A stretch of DNA of 64,000 nucleotides from Chitinophaga sp. (GCF_035761305.1 NZ_DASTRI010000001.1:14150-78149); one strand, 5' to 3'; counted from the stretch's first letter, positions 43,515-53,006 are shown. Numbers and translations are program-made. The notes: a model not told the origin generated them from the sequence alone.

Positions 43515-43823
43515 ATGGAAAAAAGATATACCCCGAGTTTATGGGTTTGTGTATTAATGGACCTTTTAGGTTGTGCAAGCTACGCTGTTCCCATGTTAGG
43601 AGAAGTTAGCGATGTTATCTGGGCCCCCATCTCCGCCATTATTTTTTACCGCATGTTTGGCGGCACCCTGGGCACCTTCGGCAGTTTGTTCAATTTCATG
43701 GAAGAACTGTTTCCCGGCCTGGATTTCATACCCACCTTTACGCTTTCCTGGGTAATGCAGCGTATAACGCAGGGCTGGCGCGAACCAAAGGTGAAAATGA
43801 AAATGCAGGAACAAAAAGCTTGA
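43515..43823 (+). CDS. small hypothetical membrane protein preceded by a canonical AGGAGG Shine-Dalgarno
   Basis: 102 aa from MEKRYTPSLWVCVLMDLLGCASYAV; two or three hydrophobic helices; AAGAGGAGG lies 6-8 nt before the ATG. Confidence 0.55.
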   Translation: MEKRYTPSLWVCVLMDLLGCASYAVPMLGEVSDVIWAPISAIIFYRMFGGTLGTFGSLFNFMEELFPGLDFIPTFTLSWVMQRITQGWREPKVKMKMQEQKA

Positions 43824-43890
43824 AAGGATGTGGTACTTCACGGCAAGTTACCCGTCTTCCAAAATACCAAGGTTGTAAGGATTTAAAGTT

Positions 43891-43945
43891 GGATGTTTTA
43901 GAAACACGTGCAGTATTAAACAAACATCCACCTTTATTTTCTTTC
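43891..43945 (+). terminator. hairpin GGATGTTT/AAACATCC plus T-rich tail after the small membrane protein gene
   Basis: Read directly; the long 23-nt loop lowers confidence. Confidence 0.4.
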
Positions 43946-43966
43946 AACCTTTCAAGTTTTTAGCAA

Positions 43967-46765
43967 TCAGCCTTTTGCACGTATCGCGCCCACGGGCATT
44001 ACCTGTACCGGCATAACATTTTGCATACGCATGTTCCGGTTGCCCCTTTTCTCCCCACTGCTGAAATGGTTCAGGAAATAAGAAAAGCTAAGCAGGCAAA
44101 AACGTTTTAATACCCTGGCCTGTACATCTTCAATATAGTTTTCCCCTACATTACGGCTAATGCTTACATTCTGGTTCAGCAGGTCAAAACCCTGCAGCTT
44201 AATAAGGCCCTGCCCGTTGCGGAATACGCTTTTTGACAGGAAGGCGTTCAGCATGGCGGCGCTTTGGTTATAACCGGCCGCCAGGCCGGTATTGAATGTA
44301 TAATCAAGGTCAAATCCCACGTTAAAGCCCAGGGGCAGGTTCAGGTTAAAATCAAAGGAAAAATAATAGTTGAAATAATCGCGGTTATTATCTTTTTGTA
44401 CGGAATAGCGGGCGCCGTTATAGTTTACCCCGCCATTTGCAGCAAAGTCAAACAGCTCCCGGAAAACATAGTTAAAGCTAAGACCCTGGTTTACCGTAAA
44501 GTTATTGGTAATGCCCTTTATGTTATTGATATAGCTTACATCCCGGCTCAGGTTAAAGTTGGTGGTGGCGTTCAGGGAGGTATGCTCCCGTTTGAACGGG
44601 ATGGCATTTACCAGGTTACCGCTTATGTTATAGGCGCCGTTTACATTCACTGGCTGGCTTACCTGCCGGCCCAGGGAGTCGAAGTAGCTGGCGTTAATGA
44701 TTTTGTTGCTGGTAACGGCTACGCTTATATTAGCAAATAAGCCCTGCATGGTAGCGGGGTTAAAGGTGTTATAGCCTATGCTCACATTGTTGTTGAAAGC
44801 CGGCTTCAGGTCCGGGTTGCCCAGCTGTACATACAGCGGGTTGCTGTTATCCGGCACGGGCTGCAGCTGGTTCACGTTTGGCTGCTGCGTAGCGCCATGG
44901 TAAAAGAAGCGCAGGCGTTTATTGTTGCTGAACGCGTAGCTGAAAGAGGCAGATGGGAAAAAGTTAAAAGTATGCTGCCGCAGGCGGTTCTGCAGGCTGA
45001 TGTTATTGTTATCCAGGTTGCTGTACTGCACATTTAACCCCAGGCTGTAGTCGTACGCGGCTTTTTGCGTGCGCAGGCTAACGCCTGCCTGGTGGGTGGA
45101 GAAGGTGTTTTCAAAAGCATTGCTCAGGCTATCATTAGGCCGGTCATAAATGCCTTTGGCAGTATTAAAATCGTATGTGCGTTTGTCGGACGATGTATAG
45201 TTACGGCTCCAGGCGTAGCTGAATTCCAGGAAATGATCGCGCAGCAGCGGCTCTGTATAAATAAGGCGCATGCTGGTGTTAAGGCCATGGCTGGTTATAT
45301 CATTGCGCTGGTCTATACTGTCTGTTTGGGTGGCGCCGCTGGGCTGCACAAACAGGTTGTTGGAGCGGTTATAGTTCTCCATATCGCTGTTGGTGGTGCC
45401 TATGTTAAGGTTGGCGCTGAAGGTGCGCCCTTTTTTGCTGAACTTTTTACGGTACAGCGCATCGGTGGTAAAGCCCGGCGCAGCGCTGGTGCTGATGTTG
45501 CGGGTAGTGCCGTTGTTCACCAGCTGGTGTTTGCCGCCCAGTGATTCATACAGGTTATCCTGGAAATTATTGCTGGTGGTGTAATTAAAGTTGGGCGAGA
45601 TAACCAGGGACTGTGAGCTGTCTATCTCATACTCTATCCGCATGTTCATGTTATGGTTGGCATTGGTGCCCAGCGAGTGCGCCTGCTGGTTATAATAATA
45701 TGTGGTATCGGGCAGCAGGTTCTGGCGGGCGCTGTTGCGCTCATTTTCCGTGCGGGTATTGTTATAAAAGTAACTGCCGCTGATGCGCAGCCTTTTGGTA
45801 AGGTCTTCGCTGTAATTAAGGCCGGCCGTCCAGTTGCGGGATATGCCATTTCCCCCGTTGTTGCCCATACCGCGTGCGCCCGCGCTCATGGTAAGGCCGC
45901 CAAGGCTGGTATAGCCCTGGCTGTTTATATTATTGCCGCTGCCGATAAAGGAAAGCTGCTGCTCATCCCGGAAACGGTTCAGGGAAGCGTTGGCAGCAAA
46001 GCGGTCCTCTGTGCCTGCGCCGGCAGATACCTGGCCAAACACCCCTTTCTTACGGTCTTTTTTTATGGTAATGTTAATCGCCTTTTCCGTTTGCCCGTCG
46101 TCGATACCGGAAAACTGGGCCTGGTCGGATTTTTTGTTGATCAGCTGTATCTTGTCTATAATATCTGCGGGCAGGTTTTTGGTAGCCAGCCTGGGATCGT
46201 TGCCAAAAAAAGGCTTACCATCCACCAGTATCTTTTTAATAGTTTCTCCCTGGGCTTTAATGGTGCCATCCTTATCAACCTCCACGCCAGGCAGCTTTTT
46301 CAGCAGCTCTTCCACCACAGCGTTCTGCCGGGTTTTGAAAGAGCCGGCGTTAAACTCCAGGGTATCTTTCTTTACCCGTATGGGCGGTTTTATTTCCGTA
46401 ATTTCAACTTCGCCTAATGTAACGCCTGTTTTTTGCAGGGGTATGGCGCCCAGGCTGGCCTGTGGTTTATCTTCATTAAGCGATACGGTTTGCAGCAAAG
46501 GCTGGTAGCCCAGGAATGTGATATACAGCTTGTAAGTGCCGGTGGGCAGCTCATCCAGGGTAAAGCTTCCTTTTTTGTCTGTAAAGGCAGATGCGGCTAT
46601 AGAGGAGTCTTTGGCATATAACAACGCTATGCTGGCATCGGCCAGCGGCTGTCCGGAGGTTTTATCAGTAAGATGGCCTTTGATCAGTCCTTTCTGCTTT
46701 GTCTGCGCCAGGGTTAAGGTACTACACAGGATAATAAAGGCCAGCGTGCATATAAATGACTTCAT
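43967..46765 (-). CDS. outer membrane beta-barrel family protein with carboxypeptidase-regulatory-like N-domain (TonB-dependent-receptor-like)
   Basis: 932 aa; signal peptide; GHLTDKTSGQPLADASIALL CarbopepD_reg-like; plug-like region; repetitive beta-strand Y/N/F-rich barrel. Confidence 0.8.
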   Translation of the reverse strand: MKSFICTLAFIILCSTLTLAQTKQKGLIKGHLTDKTSGQPLADASIALLYAKDSSIAASAFTDKKGSFTLDELPTGTYKLYITFLGYQPLLQTVSLNEDKPQASLGAIPLQKTGVTLGEVEITEIKPPIRVKKDTLEFNAGSFKTRQNAVVEELLKKLPGVEVDKDGTIKAQGETIKKILVDGKPFFGNDPRLATKNLPADIIDKIQLINKKSDQAQFSGIDDGQTEKAINITIKKDRKKGVFGQVSAGAGTEDRFAANASLNRFRDEQQLSFIGSGNNINSQGYTSLGGLTMSAGARGMGNNGGNGISRNWTAGLNYSEDLTKRLRISGSYFYNNTRTENERNSARQNLLPDTTYYYNQQAHSLGTNANHNMNMRIEYEIDSSQSLVISPNFNYTTSNNFQDNLYESLGGKHQLVNNGTTRNISTSAAPGFTTDALYRKKFSKKGRTFSANLNIGTTNSDMENYNRSNNLFVQPSGATQTDSIDQRNDITSHGLNTSMRLIYTEPLLRDHFLEFSYAWSRNYTSSDKRTYDFNTAKGIYDRPNDSLSNAFENTFSTHQAGVSLRTQKAAYDYSLGLNVQYSNLDNNNISLQNRLRQHTFNFFPSASFSYAFSNNKRLRFFYHGATQQPNVNQLQPVPDNSNPLYVQLGNPDLKPAFNNNVSIGYNTFNPATMQGLFANISVAVTSNKIINASYFDSLGRQVSQPVNVNGAYNISGNLVNAIPFKREHTSLNATTNFNLSRDVSYINNIKGITNNFTVNQGLSFNYVFRELFDFAANGGVNYNGARYSVQKDNNRDYFNYYFSFDFNLNLPLGFNVGFDLDYTFNTGLAAGYNQSAAMLNAFLSKSVFRNGQGLIKLQGFDLLNQNVSISRNVGENYIEDVQARVLKRFCLLSFSYFLNHFSSGEKRGNRNMRMQNVMPVQVMPVGAIRAKG

Positions 46766-47054
46766 CCAACTCGCTATTGAGATTAGTAACGCTGTTAGTC
46801 CTGCTTTAGTGCCGCCCAGCGTTGTGCACGGTGCCGTAATTTAACAAGTTAAAACTGTACGGCGCCTGCCGTTTAAGGAGTTTTACAGCCACTTGTGGTG
46901 CTGCAAACGGTTTCCGCTTATGGGGGGCAGGGTAAGCAAGGGCCGGCTGCCTGCCTGTAAGCCAGGCAGGTGCAAAGTACGCAATCTCCGTTAAGCATCC
47001 TTATTTACTGTTAATTATTGTTAAGAAAAGGAAGCAGGCACGGAGGGAAAGCAA

Positions 47055-47062
47055 TAGATTTG
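47055..47062 (+). promoter_or_regulatory. -7 box TAGATTTG upstream of the histidine kinase gene
   Basis: TAnnTTTG match 24 nt before the ATG. Confidence 0.4.
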
Positions 47063-47086
47063 TTTGTTTACGATTAAACGGCCTTC

Positions 47087-48556
47087 ATGCGTAAGCGTAT
47101 CCGTAACATACTTATATTGATGAGCGTTTGCATCCTGGGGATCTACCTTTTCCAGGGCTACTGGCTATATAACTCCTACCAGGTGCAGTTTGACCAGTTT
47201 AACCGTGATATTAACGGCGCCCTGCGTACCGCGCTGTTCACCAACCAGTTTATGGATGTACGGCGCATGATACATTATTACGGTAAGGATCCGGTGCCTG
47301 CAGTGAACTATTATCATAAAGACACTACGGCTACGCTGCGTAATGAGCTGATAATACAGCTGGAGCAAATGGGCATCCCCGGTAGTAAAAGGGATTCGGC
47401 CCAGGCGCTGATAGATTCTATTATGAACGGCGACCGGGAAATGCCGGTATATAATCACGGCTCGCCTTCCCGCACGTTTGCCGATACACTGGCCCGCCAG
47501 ATCTCCGACCTGATACTGCTGAACAACCTGTATGGCGATAGTGTGAACCTGCGGGGGCTGGACTCTGCCTACACCGCGGAGCTGCACAACCGGCAAATTG
47601 TTACCGGCTACCAGTTTGATACTTTTCATATTGATTTTGGCAACTTTTCCCGTGAAAGCTTCCGGGACAGCATGCGCCGCAGGGAGCCGCTGAAAACCTA
47701 TAAAATGCCTTTTAACCCGGCCAGCAACCTGTTTGTGCAGGCCACTTTCAAATCGCCCCTGCAATATATTTTAACGAAAATGGTGTGGACGCTGTTCTCC
47801 TCCCTGGTGCTGCTGATACTCACCACGGCCTGCTTTATTTACATGCTGCGCACTATTTTAAAGCAAAAGCGGCTGTCGGATGTAAAGAACGATTTTATCA
47901 ACAATATGACGCATGAGCTGAAAACGCCCATTGCTACCGTATATGCGGCAGTGGAAGCCATGCAGAACTTTAATGCCCTGAGCGACCAGCGGAAAACAAG
48001 GAACTACCTGGATATTTCCAAGCAGGAGCTGCAGCGCCTTTCCGACCTGGTGGAAAAAGTGCTGCACATAGCTGCGGAAGAAAAAGAGGAAATAGAGCTG
48101 TTTAAGGAAGAAACCGACCTGAATGAGCTGATAGACAGCATTATTACCAACCACCAGGTAAAAGCAGGACAACCGGTGCAGTTCCGCTACGACAGCCACC
48201 TTGATCATCCCCTGGCGAATGTAGATAAAACCCATTTATCCAATGCAGTGAACAACCTGGTAGATAATGCCATTAAATACTCAGGCGAGCACCCGATAGT
48301 GCGCATACAATGCACCAAAACAAACGGCCTGCTCACCATACGGGTAAAAGATAATGGCATAGGCATACCCCGTATTTACCAGGAGAGTATTTTTGATAAG
48401 TTTTTCAGGGTGCCCACCGGCAACCTGCATAATGTAAAAGGCTTTGGGCTGGGCTTAAGCTATGTGAAAAAGGTGGTGGAGCTGCATCATGGCAGTGTAA
48501 GCGTGCGCAGTGAGCCGGACAAGGGCAGTGAATTTATTATACAAATCCCCGTTTAA
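47087..48556 (+). CDS. sensor histidine kinase (HisKA plus HATPase_c)
   Basis: H-box FINNMTHELKTPIA, N-box LVDNAIKY, G-boxes DNGIGI and GFGLGLS; two TM segments flank a roughly 200-aa sensor region. Confidence 0.9.
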   Translation: MRKRIRNILILMSVCILGIYLFQGYWLYNSYQVQFDQFNRDINGALRTALFTNQFMDVRRMIHYYGKDPVPAVNYYHKDTTATLRNELIIQLEQMGIPGSKRDSAQALIDSIMNGDREMPVYNHGSPSRTFADTLARQISDLILLNNLYGDSVNLRGLDSAYTAELHNRQIVTGYQFDTFHIDFGNFSRESFRDSMRRREPLKTYKMPFNPASNLFVQATFKSPLQYILTKMVWTLFSSLVLLILTTACFIYMLRTILKQKRLSDVKNDFINNMTHELKTPIATVYAAVEAMQNFNALSDQRKTRNYLDISKQELQRLSDLVEKVLHIAAEEKEEIELFKEETDLNELIDSIITNHQVKAGQPVQFRYDSHLDHPLANVDKTHLSNAVNNLVDNAIKYSGEHPIVRIQCTKTNGLLTIRVKDNGIGIPRIYQESIFDKFFRVPTGNLHNVKGFGLGLSYVKKVVELHHGSVSVRSEPDKGSEFIIQIPV

Positions 48557-48645
48557 AAATCCCGGATAACAACAGCTGCTGCTTCCAGGTATAACGGTGC
48601 CGGCAGGCCCGCGGTTACCGGAACCTGCAGCGCTAAAAATCGTAC

Positions 48646-49344
48646 ATGATTATGTCAAAAGTATTACTGATAGAAGACGAGTACCAGCTGGGCCAGATCG
48701 TAAAGGACAGCCTGGAAATGCGCGGCTTTGATATGTTGTATGCGGAAGATGGTAAGGAAGGCCTGCGCCTGTACCAGCAGCACCACCCGGACGTGGTAGT
48801 GCTGGATATTATGATGCCTAATATGGATGGATTTACCGTAACCACGGAAATCCGCAAGCAGGATAAGGTAACCCCCATTATATTTCTTACTGCCAAATCG
48901 CAAACAGCAGATGTGGTAAAAGGGTTTGAGCTGGGCGGTAACGACTACCTGAAAAAGCCCTTTAGCATGGATGAGCTGATTGTTCGTATTAAGGCGCTGC
49001 TGAAGCGCGCCGGCGAGCAGCCTGCACCGGCGCCCGGCACGTCCGGCGACGAGGTGGTAATGATAGGGCAGTATGCCTTTAACTACATTAAGCAAACGCT
49101 TACACGCAATAATAACTCCGCGTTTCTTTCACACCGCGAAGCGGAAATACTGCGCCGCCTGTACGATAACAAAAACCAGGTAATGGAGCGCAAAGCCGTA
49201 CTGATGGATCTTTGGGGCGACGACAGCTTTTTCAATGCCCGCAGCATGGATGTGTTTATCACCAAGCTGCGGCGCTACCTGAAAGAAGACCCGCGGGTAC
49301 AGATCGTGAACATCCGCGGGGTAGGTTATAAGCTTATCTTTTAA
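48646..49344 (+). CDS. OmpR/PhoB-type response regulator
   Basis: Receiver domain (LLIEDE ... DVVVLDIMMPNMDG ... LTAK) and winged-helix C-terminus (IRGVGYKL). Confidence 0.92.
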   Translation: MIMSKVLLIEDEYQLGQIVKDSLEMRGFDMLYAEDGKEGLRLYQQHHPDVVVLDIMMPNMDGFTVTTEIRKQDKVTPIIFLTAKSQTADVVKGFELGGNDYLKKPFSMDELIVRIKALLKRAGEQPAPAPGTSGDEVVMIGQYAFNYIKQTLTRNNNSAFLSHREAEILRRLYDNKNQVMERKAVLMDLWGDDSFFNARSMDVFITKLRRYLKEDPRVQIVNIRGVGYKLIF

Positions 49345-50639
49345 AGTATTTGTTCGGCCATTATCTCGGGGTTCATTTCAAAAGCAATGGTTACTTTGGT
49401 GCCTGCCGGCTGGTTGGCAGCGTCTGTAAGGTCGGTTACCTGTATGCTAAAGGTAGTATTGAACAGGGATTTATACAGGTCTACCCGCTCCTGGCACAGG
49501 TGCATGCCCTTGGATTGGTAACGGCCTGTTTTTAACCCGTGCTCTGCCTGCCTGGCTGCTTCGCCCCTGCCTATACCATTATCCGTTATCTCGCATACCA
49601 GCATGTTTTGCTGCTGCTGCTGCCAGTGAATATGCAGCTGCTTGTCGCCGGTTTTATTCATTAACCCGTGCCAAACGGCGTTTTCCAGGAAAGGCTGTAT
49701 CAGCATACCCGGCACATAACAGGCTACGGGGTCAATGTTTTCATCCAGCTGCATGGTATAGGTAAAGGCATGGTCGGTACGCAGGCTTTCTATTTTCAGG
49801 TAGTACTGCAGCAGGTCCATTTCATCGTGCAGGGAAATAAAGTTCTTTTCTGCATGCATCAGCACCATGCGCAGCAGGCGGGCAAAGCTGGAGATATACT
49901 CTTCCGCCTTTTGCATGTGACCTGTAAGCAGGCAGTTATAAATGCCGTTCAGGCAATTGAACAGGAAGTGCGGGTTCATTTGCGACTTCAGCGTTACCAG
50001 CCGCAGCTCGGCCAGCTGCCGGTGCAGCAGCTGCACCTCTGCCTCCCGCTGCAGCGCTTTTTGCTCGGCCAGCGTTTTACCGATCTTGGTTGCGCAAATG
50101 GCCGCTATTTTTTCCAGCAGGCGGATATGTTTGGGCCTGTAAAAGCCCGGGCGGTGATGTTCCGAGTCTATTACCCCAATCACTTTACCTTCATAAAAAA
50201 TGGGTACGGCTATTTCAGAAAGGCGGCGTTTATCATCCATTATATAACGCGCATCTTTGCGGGTGTTCATTACAATTTCCGGTTTGCCGGTAGCGGCTAC
50301 CGTACCGGTAATGCCCTGCCCTACAGGAATTTCAATGGGATGCTTTATTTCAAAATGCACGGGGTTCTTGGGGCCGTAGGCCGCCTTTTGCAGCAGCACC
50401 TGCCGCTCTTCATCCAGCAGGTATATTATGCAATCTTCAAAATGCAGCTTGCGGATGCAGTTTTTGGCAATGTCCCACAAAATATCATCAATGGTATTTA
50501 GTCCGAAAAGGGAGGTGGCAAAATAATTAACAGTAGCTTCTGCCTGATATTTGCGTATATATTCTAGCAGCAGTACACAGAGGATAACAATACACACCAG
50601 GAGCGCAATTACTACTCCAATGTAGCCGGCAACAGTCAT
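49341..50639 (-). CDS. orphan membrane-anchored GAF domain / LytS-YehU-type sensor histidine kinase
   Basis: Start set at MTVAGYIGVVIALLV (complement 50639); GAF (GITGTVAATGKPEIV...AVPIFYEGKVIGVIDSEH); His_kinase QMNPHFLFNCLN; HATPase IQPFLENAVWHG, DNGIG. Confidence 0.85.
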   Translation of the reverse strand: MTVAGYIGVVIALLVCIVILCVLLLEYIRKYQAEATVNYFATSLFGLNTIDDILWDIAKNCIRKLHFEDCIIYLLDEERQVLLQKAAYGPKNPVHFEIKHPIEIPVGQGITGTVAATGKPEIVMNTRKDARYIMDDKRRLSEIAVPIFYEGKVIGVIDSEHHRPGFYRPKHIRLLEKIAAICATKIGKTLAEQKALQREAEVQLLHRQLAELRLVTLKSQMNPHFLFNCLNGIYNCLLTGHMQKAEEYISSFARLLRMVLMHAEKNFISLHDEMDLLQYYLKIESLRTDHAFTYTMQLDENIDPVACYVPGMLIQPFLENAVWHGLMNKTGDKQLHIHWQQQQQNMLVCEITDNGIGRGEAARQAEHGLKTGRYQSKGMHLCQERVDLYKSLFNTTFSIQVTDLTDAANQPAGTKVTIAFEMNPEIMAEQIL

Positions 50640-50693
50640 AGTGGGTATTTGTACCCCAAAAGGTAAGATTTTTTTGGCAAATCTGATTTCTCT

Positions 50694-50701
50694 TATCTTT
50701 G
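50694..50701 (+). promoter_or_regulatory. -7 box TATCTTTG 7 nt before the pheS ATG (near-leaderless)
   Basis: TAnnTTTG match with TTTTTTGGC about 20 bp upstream. Confidence 0.35.
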
Positions 50702-50708
50702 TTGCCCT

Positions 50709-51737
50709 ATGGAGCAGATAGTACAGCAAATAGCGGCCTATACACAGGAAATACAGGCCTTTACACCCGCTACGGCAGATGAGCTGGAGCAATACCGCAT
50801 TAAGTTTCTTGGCACAAAAGGTATTGTAAAAGCCATGTTCGGCGAAATGAAGCAGGTGCCCAATGAACGTAAAAAAGAGTTTGGGCAGGTGCTGAACAGC
50901 TTTAAGCAGCTGGCAGAAGAAAAGTATGCGCAGTATGAGCAGCTGAAGAACGGTGCAGCCCCTACGGCCGCTGCGGTTGACTTTAGCCTGCCTGCAGAGC
51001 CGCACCGCCTGGGTACACGCCATCCCATCAGCATTGTACGCAATAAGATCATCGATATATTTGAACGGCTGGGTTATACCGTAGCAGAAGGGCCGGAAAT
51101 TGAAGACGACTGGCACAACTTTACGGCGCTGAACCTGCCGGAAAACCATCCTGCCCGCGACATGCAGGACACCTTTTACATCAGCAAAAATCCCGACTGG
51201 CTGCTGCGCACGCATACCTCCAGCGTACAGGTACGCACTATGGAAGCCGGTCAGCTGCCCATTCGCGTAATATGCCCGGGCCGTGTGTACCGTAATGAAA
51301 CCATCAGCTCCCGCGCGCACTGCTTCTTTCACCAGGCGGAAGGGCTGTACATTGATGAAAATGTTTCTTTTGCCGACCTGAAACAAACGCTGTACCACTT
51401 TGTAAAGGAGCTGTTTGGCGAGGACATTCGCATCCGCTTCCGCCCTTCCTACTTCCCGTTTACAGAGCCCAGCGCCGAAATGGACATATCCTGCATTATC
51501 TGCGGCGGCGAAGGTTGCTCGGTATGCAAGCATACCGGTTGGGTGGAAATACTGGGCTGCGGCATGGTGCACCCCAAAGTGCTGGAAAACTGCGGCATAG
51601 ATCCTGAAAAATATACCGGCTTTGCATTTGGCATGGGCATAGAACGTATTACCATGCTGAAATACCAGATCAAAGACCTCCGTTTATTCTCCGAAAACGA
51701 TACCCGCTTCCTTGAACAGTTCACAGGCGCGGTATAG
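50709..51737 (+). CDS. pheS: phenylalanine--tRNA ligase alpha subunit
   Basis: 342 aa; class II motifs HPARDMQDTFY, FRPSYFPFTEPSAE, GFAFGMGIERI. Confidence 0.97.
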   Translation: MEQIVQQIAAYTQEIQAFTPATADELEQYRIKFLGTKGIVKAMFGEMKQVPNERKKEFGQVLNSFKQLAEEKYAQYEQLKNGAAPTAAAVDFSLPAEPHRLGTRHPISIVRNKIIDIFERLGYTVAEGPEIEDDWHNFTALNLPENHPARDMQDTFYISKNPDWLLRTHTSSVQVRTMEAGQLPIRVICPGRVYRNETISSRAHCFFHQAEGLYIDENVSFADLKQTLYHFVKELFGEDIRIRFRPSYFPFTEPSAEMDISCIICGGEGCSVCKHTGWVEILGCGMVHPKVLENCGIDPEKYTGFAFGMGIERITMLKYQIKDLRLFSENDTRFLEQFTGAV

Positions 51738-51748
51738 ATGCCATTGCC

Positions 51749-52609
51749 ATGCTATCTCTCCCGGAAATCAATACCATTGCTGTATGCGGCGCCGGTACCA
51801 TGGGCGCCGGCATTGCACAGGTAGCGGCTGTAAGCGGCTACCATACCCTGTTGTATGATATACAGCCGGCCATGCTGCATAAGGCAAAAGCACAAATAGC
51901 CCAACACCTGGATGCGGCAGTAGCCAAAGGAAAGCTGTCTGCCGCAGACAGCGCAGCTGCGCAAAGCCGCCTGCAGCTCACCTCCCGCCTGCAGGATTGC
52001 GTGGCGCAGGTGGTAATAGAAGCCATTGCTGAACAATTACCGGCCAAAACAGCACTGTTTAACCAGCTGGCGGAGCTTAACCCCGCCAATACCATTTTTG
52101 CCAGCAATACCTCCTCTTTATCCGTTTCCCGTATAGCTGCGGGCGTTGTAAACCCATCCCGTGTGGCAGGCATGCACTTTTTTAACCCGGCCCCGCTTAT
52201 GAAGCTGGTAGAGGTGGTAAGCGCGGAGCATACCAGCCCTGCAACCGCCGGATTGGTGTATGCCCTGGCGCAAAGCATGGGTAAAACGCCGGTACATGTA
52301 AAAGATGCGCCGGGCTTTATCGTGAACCGGGTAGCGCGGCATTATTACCTGGAGGCCATGAAAGCCGCGGAACAACAGCTGGCCGGCTTTGCAGCCATTG
52401 ACCGCCTGCTGGAAAGCACGGGGTTCCGCATGGGCCCCTTTGCATTAATGGACCTGATAGGTAATGATGTGAACCTGGCCGTAACGCAGTCGTTATATAA
52501 TGCGTTTGCGCAGGCGCCGCGTTTTGCGCCCAATACCCTGCAGGAAGCGCTGGTAGCACAGGGCCACCTGGGGCGTAAAAGCGGGAAAGGCTTTTATAAT
52601 TACGAATGA
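51749..52609 (+). CDS. 3-hydroxyacyl-CoA (3-hydroxybutyryl-CoA) dehydrogenase
   Basis: Rossmann fold IAVCGAGTMGAGIAQV, SNTSSL, GMHFFNP, GFIVNR motifs. The last five codons and stop (YNYE-TGA, ATAATTACGAATGA) are a copy of the downstream repeat word. Confidence 0.9.
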   Translation: MLSLPEINTIAVCGAGTMGAGIAQVAAVSGYHTLLYDIQPAMLHKAKAQIAQHLDAAVAKGKLSAADSAAAQSRLQLTSRLQDCVAQVVIEAIAEQLPAKTALFNQLAELNPANTIFASNTSSLSVSRIAAGVVNPSRVAGMHFFNPAPLMKLVEVVSAEHTSPATAGLVYALAQSMGKTPVHVKDAPGFIVNRVARHYYLEAMKAAEQQLAGFAAIDRLLESTGFRMGPFALMDLIGNDVNLAVTQSLYNAFAQAPRFAPNTLQEALVAQGHLGRKSGKGFYNYE

Positions 52610-52915
52610 TCGTTGTAATTGCGAATTGTCAATTACGAATTGTTCCCCGTTACGGCCCCGCAACGCAATGCATTGCCTGTTCCGCTCTGCCGAAAATGCC
52701 GTTGAAAGTAATTATGCGTATGAATAATTACGAATGAGGCGGTTTAAGGAATGAGGATTTTTTTTGAAAGGCCATGGATGTAAGAATGCGGTTGAGCGAA
52801 ACGGATGTATGGATAATTATAAAGAAGGCGGGTTAAGGGCTGGGTGTTTCTTTGAAAGGCTTACGTGGATATGCATGCTTTGAGTGTAATTGGCGTATGA
52901 GTAATTACGAATGAA
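52596..52915. repeat. AATTACGAAT-family repeat cluster: tandem AATT(G/A)CGAATTGT words, then about three degenerate ~85-bp units each containing (A/G)TAATTA(C/T)(G/A)AA(T/G)GA(G/A)GC
   Basis: 52628-52644 GTCAATTACGAATTGTT is identical to 11991-12007. The word (A/G)TAATTACGAATGA(G/A)GC recurs intact at about 52725 and 52900, and a degenerate copy ATAATTATAAAGAAGGC lies at about 52813. Confidence 0.75.
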
Positions 52916-52998
52916 GCCGTTCAACGCAAGCGTGGTTTTCATAAAAAAATGCAGGCCTACATGCATTATCATTTCGTAAACGAGTCGTTCCTAATGCT

Positions 52999-53006
52999 TA
53001 CTTTTG
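52999..53006 (+). promoter_or_regulatory. -7 box TACTTTTG upstream of the SDR gene
   Basis: TAnnTTTG match 31 nt before the ATG. Confidence 0.4.

Noticed and set aside
49341-51572. 743-aa minus-strand ORF in the ORF track
   Set aside because: Only the C-terminal 432 aa (TM, GAF, His_kinase, HATPase) look like a protein. The N-terminal ~310 aa are low-complexity, Ala/Arg/Gly-rich sequence lying exactly antisense to the unmistakable pheS gene (50709-51737). The kinase start was moved to the Met at complement 50639.
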